Shown here piece after piece: positions 28,156 to 36,784 of a DNA stretch of 64,000 bases. Position 1 is the first letter of the stretch. Every line of letters begins with the position of its first letter. The notes under the pieces were generated by a model. It saw nothing but the letters and a program-made list of their open reading frames with translations, was not told the DNA's origin and did no database searches. The position numbers were made by a program, and so were the translations under genes. Origin of the DNA: Patescibacteria group bacterium (GTDB lineage Bacteria; Patescibacteriota; Patescibacteriia; JAQUQO01); the NCBI GenBank assembly GCA_028716045.1, contig JAQUQO010000001.1, positions 128,942-192,941 of the forward strand, given 5' to 3'.

Positions 28156-29631
28156 TTATCCCGAAGAGTCGGTTTTTGGTCGGTAATTAAATTCCGGTTT
28201 GAAGAGAGTTGAGGCCCAAGAAGCTGAACCGCTTTCCATATTAACATTGATATATTTGGCCAAGAGCGGCTGAATTTCATTTAATTTTTGCCAGCAGGCC
28301 TGGGCAATGCGGCGGTAAGAAATATGGCCCTTGAGTCCGCTGCGCAGAGAAATAAAATGATGGAGTTCCCGCAAGTTCCAGGTGATGAGCGTTCGTTTTC
28401 TGAAAGCCAAGGGCACGGCATACTGCGCTTCATGAGGGAAGAGCGGATAAATTTTATTATAAAGTTCGGCGGCGCGGTCCATCACTTCTTGATAATCTTT
28501 TTCTAACCCCGCCTCCGTTATTTCTTCCGGCGTGGCATAGCCGTGTAAAACAGTCACGGCCTGATTAGTTTGCGTGCAGATGCGGTGGCGCTGGATATCG
28601 CGGAACGCACCGTAGTCCATCAAAATATCAAAAGTGTAATAAATATGTTCAAGCTCCCGGATTGGCTGGTCAAAGGCGGCGCGGCGCTTTAAGGATTCGT
28701 CAATTATATCCACTTTCCGTTCCGGGTTCATCTTTTTTACTTCAGCGTAAATTTGTTTATAGGGCAAGACGGAATGTTTATATAGAATGGCGGCCACTAA
28801 TTTGTCTTCCGCCTCGGCATCATAATCAACAATCACCACCGGTTCGGTCGCTTCCGGATTTTGCGACAAAGTTTTTTGGTCAAGGGCGGCCAGCGCAGCG
28901 TCGGTTTCCTTCAGATACTGATTGACATCAGCGAATTTTATGAGCGTGGGAGTAATTTTCAACGCCTCAATTTTAATGGCCTTGCCGATGGCGCGCATTT
29001 CATCCAGCGGATGCGAAAGCAGTTTGGCAATAGCGTGTTCCCAGGCGCGCGCGTTGGCGGTCATGCCAAGGTTGGTTAAAGTGGCTGTCGGCAGGAGATA
29101 GCGGATATTGTCGCAGGTACGGGCCTTAATGTTGGCTTGGTAAACTTTTTCATTTTCCTCCGGATTTTGAGGATATTTTTTACAAATATACGACTTCATT
29201 GGTTCGTTCAGCCGGGTGTAGGTGTCGAAAATATAATTCAGGGTTTCCTCATATTCTTTGCCCAGAGGCGAGTTCATAATTTTTTCCGGTTTGTAATAGC
29301 GGTTGCGGTCGAAAACCTGATAACGCGTTGATTTTTCCGTAAAAGAAGCCAGGCGATTATCTTCAATAACTTTGGTGGCCAAAATAGAAACATTTTCAAT
29401 GGCTAAATGAAGATTGGCGTGTTCAGCCACACTGCTGTGTCCATATCCCACCACCCACTTTTCATGGAAATCGGCGGATTTTTCATCAGTCAGCTCCGCG
29501 GCGATATCTTTGAATGATTCCGGGGAACGGGAACATTTGGCAAAAGCCACGGCCAATACTTCGGGTTTGAGGTGGTCCAAGGAGTAAACGGAAAGTTGGT
29601 TATTTTTTTCGCTCATAAAATCGGGAGCCAA
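28156..29631 (-). CDS. thyX: FAD-dependent thymidylate synthase ThyX (long form)
   Basis: 491 aa. ThyX RHR motif in FRDIQRHRICTQTNQ. A conserved ARTCDNIRYLLP...NARAWEHAI block. Long ThyX forms are known in some lineages. Confidence 0.7.
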   Translation of the reverse strand: MAPDFMSEKNNQLSVYSLDHLKPEVLAVAFAKCSRSPESFKDIAAELTDEKSADFHEKWVVGYGHSSVAEHANLHLAIENVSILATKVIEDNRLASFTEKSTRYQVFDRNRYYKPEKIMNSPLGKEYEETLNYIFDTYTRLNEPMKSYICKKYPQNPEENEKVYQANIKARTCDNIRYLLPTATLTNLGMTANARAWEHAIAKLLSHPLDEMRAIGKAIKIEALKITPTLIKFADVNQYLKETDAALAALDQKTLSQNPEATEPVVIVDYDAEAEDKLVAAILYKHSVLPYKQIYAEVKKMNPERKVDIIDESLKRRAAFDQPIRELEHIYYTFDILMDYGAFRDIQRHRICTQTNQAVTVLHGYATPEEITEAGLEKDYQEVMDRAAELYNKIYPLFPHEAQYAVPLAFRKRTLITWNLRELHHFISLRSGLKGHISYRRIAQACWQKLNEIQPLLAKYINVNMESGSASWASTLFKPEFNYRPKTDSSG

Positions 29632-29735
29632 ATTATTAAATTAATTGTGGATAAGTCAATTTGCTTATCCATTTTCGTTGGAGTAAGGTTATCTAATTAG
29701 CGTTCTTTAAAAACATAAAAATTTAGGAGAAAAAA

Positions 29736-30407
29736 ATGGATAAAACTTTGGCGGATATATTTTTCAACATTATCAGGCGCTTGTCTCGTGTACAGCGGTG
29801 GAACAAAGAAGAATTCGAAAACCGTTCTTATATAGAATCGTCGCTCAACCATTCTTTTGAATCGACACTTCTTGTTATTTGTGCCGTTGCTCTTGAAAAA
29901 AAATTCGGGAGGAAAGATTTTGATGCTTTTAAGGTTCTCGCCTGTGGCGCGTTACATGATATTGGCGAGGGGATACTTTTTGATGTCCCCTTAGAGGTCA
30001 AAGATGACGCGCGGGTGAAGAAAGCGTTAGAGGAGATGGAGGAAGAAGCAACTCAAGAATTAATAAAAAGGTTTCACCCGGCTATTAAAGAAGGTATTGA
30101 AGATGCTTATAATCTGCAGAAAGATAGAGAATCTTTTGAGGGAAAGCTTTGGTATGCCTTGGAGCTTTTGGGATACATAATGTATGCTTGGCGGGAGTAT
30201 CATCTTGGCCATGAAAATTTCAGTAAAGTATTCAAAAATAGTTTCCCGAAGCTATTGACATTAAGTAAAGAAATAAAGAGCGTGGAAATTCTTCTTAATG
30301 AATTCCGGCCGGTTATTGAGAGAATCCTTAAGGAGGAAAGTAACTCGCAAAAGGTATTACCCTTTTCTCTATTTGAGGTTAAGGGTGCTAAGGGAGGGGC
30401 CGGTTAG
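29736..30407 (+). CDS. HD-domain phosphohydrolase (YfbR-like 5'-deoxynucleotidase)
   Basis: 223 aa. H...HD metal-binding motifs (NHSFESTLL, ALHDIGEG, LFDVP). Confidence 0.6.
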   Translation: MDKTLADIFFNIIRRLSRVQRWNKEEFENRSYIESSLNHSFESTLLVICAVALEKKFGRKDFDAFKVLACGALHDIGEGILFDVPLEVKDDARVKKALEEMEEEATQELIKRFHPAIKEGIEDAYNLQKDRESFEGKLWYALELLGYIMYAWREYHLGHENFSKVFKNSFPKLLTLSKEIKSVEILLNEFRPVIERILKEESNSQKVLPFSLFEVKGAKGGAG

Positions 30408-30446
30408 AAACATCAGCCGTATAAGAGAGCAAATTAGCTCTCTTTT

Positions 30447-31031
30447 TTATTTCTTTATTTTTTCCAAAATTTTATCAATTTGTTTGTAAAGGTCGTCAAA
30501 ATCGTCGTCGTTGTCAATTATAAAATCAGCTTCTTTTTCCAAAGATTCTATCTGCTCTTCGGTTTCAGCCCCGTCTCTGTTTTTAAATTGCTCATAGGTC
30601 ATTTCCGCTTCGCCGACATTTTCCCCCCGGGTAATATATCTCTTGTAGCGTTTGGCCGCGTCGGTTTTAATATAAATCAGGTAAAAGTTATTAAGTTCTT
30701 TTAATTTTTTAATATCCGCCAGCCGGCGCACACCGTCAACGATAACCAGCGGGGCGGGGGAGTTGGTGGTCAATTTATACATAGCTTCCGCCAGAATTTC
30801 TTCTCCGAATTTTCCCCGCAAAATCGTGGAAACATCCTGTAAATTTTCCCGCGTTTTAGGTATGTTAAAAATATCCAGAGCTTGCCGCAGAGGGTCGGAG
30901 AATTTGATTTTAGTTCCGGCAGGATTTTTTTGGAGAATATATTTCCCCACCGTTTCTTTCCCGCAGGCGATTTTACCGGCCAGCCCGATAATGATATTAT
31001 TGCTTGTCATATTTCTCCACTGATTCGTCAA
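30447..31031 (-). CDS. P-loop nucleoside/nucleotide kinase (dNK/CoaE-like)
   Basis: 194 aa. Walker A GLAGKIACGKET. Overlaps the dCMP deaminase gene by 35 nt, suggesting coupling. Confidence 0.5.
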   Translation of the reverse strand: MTNQWRNMTSNNIIIGLAGKIACGKETVGKYILQKNPAGTKIKFSDPLRQALDIFNIPKTRENLQDVSTILRGKFGEEILAEAMYKLTTNSPAPLVIVDGVRRLADIKKLKELNNFYLIYIKTDAAKRYKRYITRGENVGEAEMTYEQFKNRDGAETEEQIESLEKEADFIIDNDDDFDDLYKQIDKILEKIKK

Positions 31032-31488
31032 AGTAATCCAATTCTATGCCCACTTGGCGGAACATCTCTTCCGTTTCCGCTCCGGCGTGATAGCGCTTTT
31101 CGCAGACCACCCTTTTGATGCCGGCGTTGATAATCATTTTGGCACAGGTGGAGCAGGGGGTCATTTTACAATATAAAGTCGCTCCGTCTATGGCCACTCC
31201 GAGTTTGGCCGCCTGCACAATGGCGTTTTGTTCGGCGTGAGTGGTGCGGACGCAGTGCTGGCTTTGGTGGCCGTCTTCGTGAACCATAGTTTTCATCTGA
31301 TGGCCGACTTCGTCGCAATGCGGCATGCCTTTGGGTGAGCCCACATATCCCGTGACTAATATCATTTTATCTCGGGCAATGACACAGCCGCTCCGCCCGC
31401 GGTCGCAGGTGGCGCGTTTAGCCACGGCCCGGGCTACCTCCATAAAGTATTCGTCCCACGAGGGCCTTTTATACGTTTCTTCCGCCAT
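30997..31488 (-). CDS. comEB: dCMP deaminase
   Basis: 163 aa. Zinc-binding HAEQNAI and PCSTCAKMI motifs of the CMP/dCMP deaminase family. Confidence 0.8.
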   Translation of the reverse strand: MAEETYKRPSWDEYFMEVARAVAKRATCDRGRSGCVIARDKMILVTGYVGSPKGMPHCDEVGHQMKTMVHEDGHQSQHCVRTTHAEQNAIVQAAKLGVAIDGATLYCKMTPCSTCAKMIINAGIKRVVCEKRYHAGAETEEMFRQVGIELDYFDESVEKYDKQ

Positions 31489-31569
31489 ATTTTGGTAGTT
31501 TAAAATGTTTTATTAGACCTCATTATTTTACTATTTTAACAAAGTTTTAGCAACAGATTTAACCCGGCC

Positions 31570-32211
31570 TTATTTTGCCGCAATGATTATCTGATTTATC
31601 CAGTTGGCTTTTTCTTTCACCAACGTTTCCTGCACGTCAAAAGCTAAATTTTTCAGCAACTGCCGGATTTTCCCCGGGGAATGATAGAACGACTGTATTT
31701 TTACGTTTCCTTTTTTAGTTTTTATTTTCGGCGGTTCTTTTTGATTGATATTAGTGATAACGAGCCGTCCGTCGTTTTTGAGCACGCGATAGGCCTCGTC
31801 AAAAAATCGTTCCGGATTTTTAAGATGGACAATCAGAAAAGCGGCGGTGATGATGTCAAAAGTTTCGTCGGGGAAAGGCAGTTGTTCCGCGTCGCCCCCC
31901 ACCGTTTTGATTTGTTTATTTTTGCGCCGGAGAATTTTCAACATTTCCGGAGAAATATCCAAGGCGGTGACTTCGGCTCCGGCCCGGGCGAGTTTAAGCG
32001 CCAACCGGCCGGTACCCGCTCCGACATCCAGAATTTTTTTATCCTTAATATCACCCAACGCCGCCGGCAGTTTTTCTTTTTCAAAACTGTCCAGATATTT
32101 CCCTTTTTTGTCATAGTCGGCGGCGGCTAAATCATAACCCCGCCGCGAGTCCAGAATTTTTATTTTATTTTTTGACATTATTGTGAGACAAGACAAATCC
32201 CACTCCGACAA
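31570..32211 (-). CDS. class I SAM-dependent methyltransferase
   Basis: 213 aa. Motif [14 protein letters not shown]. Methyltransf_11-like. Confidence 0.7.
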   Translation of the reverse strand: MSEWDLSCLTIMSKNKIKILDSRRGYDLAAADYDKKGKYLDSFEKEKLPAALGDIKDKKILDVGAGTGRLALKLARAGAEVTALDISPEMLKILRRKNKQIKTVGGDAEQLPFPDETFDIITAAFLIVHLKNPERFFDEAYRVLKNDGRLVITNINQKEPPKIKTKKGNVKIQSFYHSPGKIRQLLKNLAFDVQETLVKEKANWINQIIIAAK

Positions 32212-32235
32212 AATAGTAGAGTGGGATTTGTTATA

Positions 32236-32916
32236 TTAGACGGTTAATTTTATTGCCGGACCCATGGTGGAGGTGAGAACGGCGTTTCGGATGTAAATTC
32301 CCTTGGAAGTCGCCGGTTTGGCTTTTTGGATGGCTTCCATAGCCGTTTTGCAGTTCTCTATCAAATTCTTCGTGTCAAAAGAGATTTTGCCGACTAAGAG
32401 ATGAACATTGCCGGTGTCATCGTTTTTAAAACTCACTTTGCCCTTTTTTAATTCTCCGATAGTTTTGCCGATGTCCGCTGTCACCGTGCCGTCTTTAGGA
32501 GAAGGCATTAAACCTTTGGGGCCGAGAATCTTGGCCACAGCCGCGAGTTTTTTCATCATCGGCGGCGTGGCAATGGCGATTTCAAAATCTATTTTTTCGG
32601 TCTTTTTAAGTTCCGCGATGTATTCGTCATCGGCGACGATATCCGCGCCGGCCTCCTTGGCTTCTTTGATTTTATCACCGTCAACGAAGGCGGCGATTTT
32701 TTGGGTTTTGCCCGTGCCGTGCGGCAGGGCGATAGAACCGCGAACTTGCTGTTCTCCCTTTTTAGGGTCAATTCCCAGGCGGATGTGTAATTCCACGCTG
32801 GCATCAAATTTGACGTTGGAAGTTTTTTTGACCAATTCCAGAGCTTCTTCTATTGAATAGGTTTTTTTAGAGTCAATTTGCCCTTTGACTTCTTGGTACC
32901 TTTTAGAACGTGACAT
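32236..32916 (-). CDS. rplA: 50S ribosomal protein L1 (start trimmed to MSRSKRY)
   Basis: Conserved L1 sequence throughout. The ORF-track N-extension to 32985 covers the structured leader and is not coding. Confidence 0.9.
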   Translation of the reverse strand: MSRSKRYQEVKGQIDSKKTYSIEEALELVKKTSNVKFDASVELHIRLGIDPKKGEQQVRGSIALPHGTGKTQKIAAFVDGDKIKEAKEAGADIVADDEYIAELKKTEKIDFEIAIATPPMMKKLAAVAKILGPKGLMPSPKDGTVTADIGKTIGELKKGKVSFKNDDTGNVHLLVGKISFDTKNLIENCKTAMEAIQKAKPATSKGIYIRNAVLTSTMGPAIKLTV

Positions 32917-33003
32917 ATTTTTCCTCGTGGTGCGAGTGTCCCCTTCGGCAAGCTCAGGGCTAGGCCGAGCGTAGAACTCCCACAATTATTTATAATTTTA
33001 CTT

Positions 33004-33426
33004 TTAGACGACGTCCAGCCCCATTTGTCTGGCAGTTCCTTCAATAATTTTCATTGCCGCTTCAATGTCATTGGCGTTCAGGTCGGACATTTTGGCTTCG
33101 GCGATTTGGCGGATTTGCGCCTTGGTGACCTTACCGACTTTTTCCTTATTCGGTTTGCCCGAACCCTTGGTAATGCCGGCGGCTTTTTTCAGTAATTCCG
33201 CGGCCGGAGGGGTTTTTAAGATAAAAGTGAAACTGCGGTCTTCGTAAATAGTAATTTCCACCGGAGTGATGTCTCCGCCCTTATCTTTGGTGGCATTGTT
33301 AAATTTTGCGCAGAAATCGGCGATATTGACTCCATGCTGGCCCAAAGCCGGTCCAATCGGAGGCGCCGGATTGGCTTTGCCCGCGGGGATTTGGAGCTTG
33401 ACCATGGTCATTACTTTTTTAGCCAT
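33004..33426 (-). CDS. rplK: 50S ribosomal protein L11
   Basis: 140 aa. [34 protein letters not shown]. Confidence 0.9.
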   Translation of the reverse strand: MAKKVMTMVKLQIPAGKANPAPPIGPALGQHGVNIADFCAKFNNATKDKGGDITPVEITIYEDRSFTFILKTPPAAELLKKAAGITKGSGKPNKEKVGKVTKAQIRQIAEAKMSDLNANDIEAAMKIIEGTARQMGLDVV

Positions 33427-33505
33427 ATCTTATGATTAATTTATTATTAAATTTTTCACCGGCGAGAAGCCCCCGAAAATTCGGAGCGCCGATTCCATTC
33501 GCTAG

Positions 33506-34048
33506 CTATATTTTTTTGATTTGCAAAAAGTCCAATTCCACCGGTGTCTCGCGGCCGAACATAGAAACCAGTACTTTGATTTTGCCGCGCGATTCATCAA
33601 TACTGGAAACTTTGCCCTCAAATTCCTTGAAAGGTCCATCCACAATGCGCACCGGAGTTCCTTCCTCAACGTCAATTCTATATTTCGGTTCTTCCACGCC
33701 CATTCTGGTTTGAAGATTTTTAATCTCTTGTTCGGAAAGGGGAGTGGGGATGGTGCCGCTGCCGATAAATCCGGTGACGTTCGGCGTATTGCGCACCACA
33801 TACCAGGAATCGTCAGTCACCAGCATTTCCACCAGCACGTAGCCCGGAAAAATTTTTTCGGTGACAGTGTGGCGTTTGCCGTTTTTTATTTTAATCTTTT
33901 TCTCCGTCGGAATCAGGATATTAAAAATCCGGTCTTCCATTCCCATGGATTCTATTCTTTGTTTTAAATTTTCGGCGACATTTTCTTCATATCCGGAGTA
34001 GGTGTGAATGGCGTACCAGCGTCGCCCGCGTTCTATTTGTTTTGGCAT
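33506..34048 (-). CDS. nusG: transcription termination/antitermination factor NusG
   Basis: 180 aa. NGN domain (RWYAIHTYSGYE). C-terminal KOW. Confidence 0.9.
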   Translation of the reverse strand: MPKQIERGRRWYAIHTYSGYEENVAENLKQRIESMGMEDRIFNILIPTEKKIKIKNGKRHTVTEKIFPGYVLVEMLVTDDSWYVVRNTPNVTGFIGSGTIPTPLSEQEIKNLQTRMGVEEPKYRIDVEEGTPVRIVDGPFKEFEGKVSSIDESRGKIKVLVSMFGRETPVELDFLQIKKI

Positions 34049-34068
34049 ATTTTTCCCCCTGACGATTT

Positions 34069-34254
34069 TTATTTAATTAAAATTTCCACGCCCAAAGTGA
34101 AAAGATAATCCAAGGCGCCAAGAAAGATGGCCACGCCCAAGCTGATGCCGATAACCAGCATCGTGTAGTTGGTGGTTTCTTTTTTGGTCGGCCAAATAAC
34201 TTTTTTTAATTCCGTTTTGGCGCTTTTCACGTACTCAACAACTTTGTTACCCAT
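34069..34254 (-). CDS. secE: preprotein translocase subunit SecE
   Basis: 61 aa. Single C-terminal TM helix. Conserved position upstream of nusG. Confidence 0.8.
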   Translation of the reverse strand: MGNKVVEYVKSAKTELKKVIWPTKKETTNYTMLVIGISLGVAIFLGALDYLFTLGVEILIK

Positions 34255-34321
34255 AGAACGAGTTATTTTTTTAAGCTTATTTTAGCCAAGAAATCGGCTA
34301 AAATGACTTTTTTAAGGTCTT

Positions 34322-34380
34322 TAAAAAGGCCCGCGGGCCTTTATTAAATCTATTATAATGGGAGAGCGGGGAGAAGTCAA
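34322..34380 (-). promoter_or_regulatory. near-consensus promoter (TTGACT-17-TATAAT) followed immediately by a perfect GC hairpin plus a U-run (5' leader stem-loop or attenuator) upstream of secE-nusG-rplKA
   Basis: Minus-strand read: cttgacttctccccgctctcccattataat (plus 34352-34380). Then ggcccgcgggcc (34329-34340) followed by ttttt. Confidence 0.45.
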
Positions 34381-34443
34381 GGGGAGAAAAGAAGGCTGGA
34401 ATTATGAGATGGCATTAAGTATTTAGACATTTAATATCAAGGA

Positions 34444-34488
34444 AAATAAAAAACCGCCCTGTTACGCATTTGCGAGATTGGGGCGGTT
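34444..34488 (-). terminator. rho-independent terminator of the 34505-35116 gene
   Basis: Minus-strand read: aaccgcccc...gggcggtt followed by ttttttatttt. Confidence 0.5.
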
Positions 34489-34504
34489 ATTATGTTTGGC
34501 GATT

Positions 34505-35116
34505 TTAGAAAGAGAAGTGTAAACGGCCGACGGGTACGAAGGCATTTGGTGAATCGGGGAAGCGGCGATAGTGGATAGCTAAATTAAGCTCTACTTGTCC
34601 ATAGCTTAGAGTCATATTTGGCCCTCCGCCGATGGATTGTTTATCCCAGTCAATTTCTCCCCAGCCCTCTCCTTCCAGCCCGACCATCAGCGATTTGTTG
34701 AAGAGTCTATAGTCAATCATACCGAAGTAATAGAGCTCGTCAATCGGCCAGTGATTATATTCCACGTCTCCCCAGAAAAAAATATAGTCGTCAGTATAGC
34801 AGGGCATCAATGAAATTATCGGGGCGGCGTCATCTCCGGGACGAAAATTCCAGCCCACGGACGGTTCCAAAGCGAAGCCGTGGCCAAGATTGAATTTCGC
34901 GCCGGCGTAAAGATATGGGCTTAGCTCGCCGATGAGATTTCCCGCGGGGATAAAGTGCAGAGTGAGGGCGGAGAAATCATTTAATCTTTTTTCCGCATGC
35001 ACGAGCAATCGGAAACTCGCGTCAGACCAGTTGTCAGTTTCTTCTTTGGCCTCGGCGTAAGCGAAGAGTGTAGATATTAAGGTTAGTAAGGCAAAAATCA
35101 AACAAATTTTTTTCAT
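34505..35116 (-). CDS. putative small outer-membrane beta-barrel-like protein (signal peptide, C-terminal aromatic residue)
   Basis: 203 aa. Signal peptide MKKICLIFALLTLISTLFAYA. Alternating hydrophobic beta-strand pattern. The protein ends ...GRLHFSF, an OMP-type C-terminal Phe. Confidence 0.45.
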   Translation of the reverse strand: MKKICLIFALLTLISTLFAYAEAKEETDNWSDASFRLLVHAEKRLNDFSALTLHFIPAGNLIGELSPYLYAGAKFNLGHGFALEPSVGWNFRPGDDAAPIISLMPCYTDDYIFFWGDVEYNHWPIDELYYFGMIDYRLFNKSLMVGLEGEGWGEIDWDKQSIGGGPNMTLSYGQVELNLAIHYRRFPDSPNAFVPVGRLHFSF

Positions 35117-35211
35117 TTTCTTCTCTCCTTTGTTGTTGGGTTTTTAAGAAACAAGGTTGATGTGTCAGCTTAGCAGATTCGGTAAATTTTGTCAAGACCG
35201 CCTGGACGGGG

Positions 35212-35239
35212 TTGACAAAATTTGCGTATATGATAATAT
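35212..35239 (+). promoter_or_regulatory. sigma70 promoter (TTGACA-16-TAATAT) for the tRNA. Its -35 box forms a palindrome with the divergent -35 box of the 34505 gene.
   Basis: ttgtcaag-N16-ttgacaa spans 35189-35218. On the minus strand it reads TTGACA-17-TAAGCT. Confidence 0.5.
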
Positions 35240-35257
35240 CTTTTAAAGTTTGTTAAC

Positions 35258-35340
35258 GTCGTTGTAGCTCAAAGGCAGAGCACCCCGACAGCGCTAATGC
35301 TTAAACGGGGAGGTCGGGGGTTCAAGTCCCTCCAACGACC
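35258..35340 (+). tRNA. tRNA gene (83 nt, CCA not encoded) with a non-canonical 18-nt anticodon loop, consistent with an 11-nt insertion or intron. Anticodon undetermined.
   Basis: Acceptor gtcgttg/caacgac. U8, A14, GG18-19, A21. D-arm gctc/gagc. Anticodon stem ccccg/cgggg enclosing acagcgctaatgcttaaa. Variable loop aggtc. T-arm ggggg-ttcaagt-ccctc. Discriminator C. An intrinsic terminator follows. Confidence 0.6.
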
Positions 35341-35355
35341 TTAATTTAAATAACT

Positions 35356-35388
35356 AACGCCCTTCAAAAGAAAGGCGTTTTTTAAATA
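35356..35388 (+). terminator. rho-independent terminator after the tRNA
   Basis: aacgccctt-caaaag-aaaggcgtt followed by tttttt. Confidence 0.55.
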
Positions 35389-35419
35389 TAGATATCCCAA
35401 AGTTCAGCGATGTTCATTT

Positions 35420-35761
35420 TCATAAATATTTCACGAACTTGTTATTTTTATCCACCAAAATATTTTTAGCTTTGATTGGTTTGTCGGTTAATTCAAAGCC
35501 CATGATGATTATTTCCTCTCCTTTTTTAATCAAATGGGCGGCGGCGCCGTTCATACAAATAATTCCTGAATTTTTTTTGCCCACAATGACATAAGTTTCC
35601 AATCTTGCGCCAGAGGTATTACTAACTACTAAAACTTTTTCACCGGGCCAAAAACCGACCCTTTCAACCAAATCTTCGTCAATTGTAATACTGCCGATAT
35701 AATTTAAATCGGCTTCGGTAACCGTAGCCTTATGAATTTTGGAACGTAATATCCATCTCAT
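35420..35761 (-). CDS. panD: aspartate 1-decarboxylase (pyruvoyl-dependent)
   Basis: 113 aa. MRWILRSKIHKATVTEADLNYIGSITID, including the self-processing Gly-Ser site. Confidence 0.85.
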   Translation of the reverse strand: MRWILRSKIHKATVTEADLNYIGSITIDEDLVERVGFWPGEKVLVVSNTSGARLETYVIVGKKNSGIICMNGAAAHLIKKGEEIIIMGFELTDKPIKAKNILVDKNNKFVKYL

Positions 35762-35835
35762 AGTATTGATAAATAAAGGTGATTTGACTTACTTTAATTT
35801 TTTAGTTCTTTTTTATTTTTGGAACAGCACAGGGC

Positions 35836-35864
35836 TTGACTTTTATATTATTTTATGCTATACT
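35836..35864 (+). promoter_or_regulatory. sigma70 promoter, TTGACT-17-TATACT
   Basis: ttgact at 35836-35841. tatact at 35859-35864. Confidence 0.5.
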
Positions 35865-35919
35865 AATTTGATGTCAATTTTGGCGTTTAATTACATCAAA
35901 ATATAAAAGGAGGAGAAGT

Positions 35920-36234
35920 ATGGGTAAATGTTGGAGAAAAGACCATTTTAGGTCAAGGAGGGAGGAAAAACGTAATACGGAACGTTCTGAGTCATTAGAT
36001 GCCCTAGATAAGTGTGAAGTATGTGGGCAGGATTACGGGAAAAAACATTCCGGACCGGGTAAAGGGTCAAAGCACGAGGTGACATTCACAGCGTGTTGCT
36101 GGTCACCGTACAAATCTCATCCGAAAGGCCAACCCTGTTGCGAGTATGTCGAGGATGCCCTGGACCAAGGGTTGTCTTTAAAAAAGGCGATTGAAAAGGC
36201 CCGTGCCTTGCGCAAGAGAGATGACGCAAGATAA
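35920..36234 (+). CDS. hypothetical basic Cys-rich small protein (possible zinc-ribbon)
   Basis: 104 aa with CxxC pairs (CEVCGQ, ACCWSP, PCCEY). SD aaaggaggagaagtATG. A terminator lies at 36259-36290. Confidence 0.45.
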   Translation: MGKCWRKDHFRSRREEKRNTERSESLDALDKCEVCGQDYGKKHSGPGKGSKHEVTFTACCWSPYKSHPKGQPCCEYVEDALDQGLSLKKAIEKARALRKRDDAR

Positions 36235-36258
36235 GAAGCGTATTCCACTCAACAATTT

Positions 36259-36290
36259 GAAGCCGCATAGTTTATCTAGCGGCTTTTTTC
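36259..36290 (+). terminator. rho-independent terminator
   Basis: gaagccgc-atagtttatcta-gcggcttt followed by ttttc. Confidence 0.5.
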
Positions 36291-36363
36291 TTTCTATAAT
36301 TAACAAACATACAAAATGCTTTTGGGAAAAAAGGGCGCAGATTTTTATTGCGCCCGAGAGAGG

Positions 36364-36699
36364 TCAAAAATCCATACGGAATTCTTTGCCTTGGTCGTGG
36401 AATCCCAGTTTGGTATAGAGGTCGTGGACTTTTGTTCGAGAATACCGGCTGGTGGCAATTAGTTTGTAGCAACCCTTTTCTCTGGCTATTTTAATGACTT
36501 GTATAACAAGCTCTGTCCCCAGCCCTTTCCCACGCATTTTCCCCATGACATACACGTCCTCCATGAGACCAAACGGCTTTTTGTGTAGACCATTGTACAT
36601 TATGAACAAAAATGTCCTGCCGACCTCTTTACCTTTTTTGTTTCGCATTGAAATTTTAATGCCGTAGCACTTAGCTTTAACCTCAACAATTTTCATCAC
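36364..36699 (-). CDS. GNAT family N-acetyltransferase
   Basis: 111 aa. Acetyl-CoA-binding motif MGKMRGKGLGTELV. A minus-strand terminator lies at 36327-36355. Confidence 0.75.
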   Translation of the reverse strand: MMKIVEVKAKCYGIKISMRNKKGKEVGRTFLFIMYNGLHKKPFGLMEDVYVMGKMRGKGLGTELVIQVIKIAREKGCYKLIATSRYSRTKVHDLYTKLGFHDQGKEFRMDF

Positions 36700-36784
36700 T
36701 ATCCTCCTTCTTGCTGGTTTTGTATTTTTAACTTCTTTCCTAAAAGCATTTTATAAAAGAGCGATATTGCTGAACAAAATAGAG

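Noticed and set aside
28156-29631. ThyX of double normal length as a possible gene fusion or novel enzyme
   Set aside because: Long ~500-aa ThyX forms exist in other bacteria. The RHR motif and conserved blocks are present, so standard ThyX is the parsimonious call.
32917-32985. 23-aa N-terminal extension of the rplA ORF
   Set aside because: L1 homology starts at MSRSKRY. The upstream part is the GC-rich structured leader.
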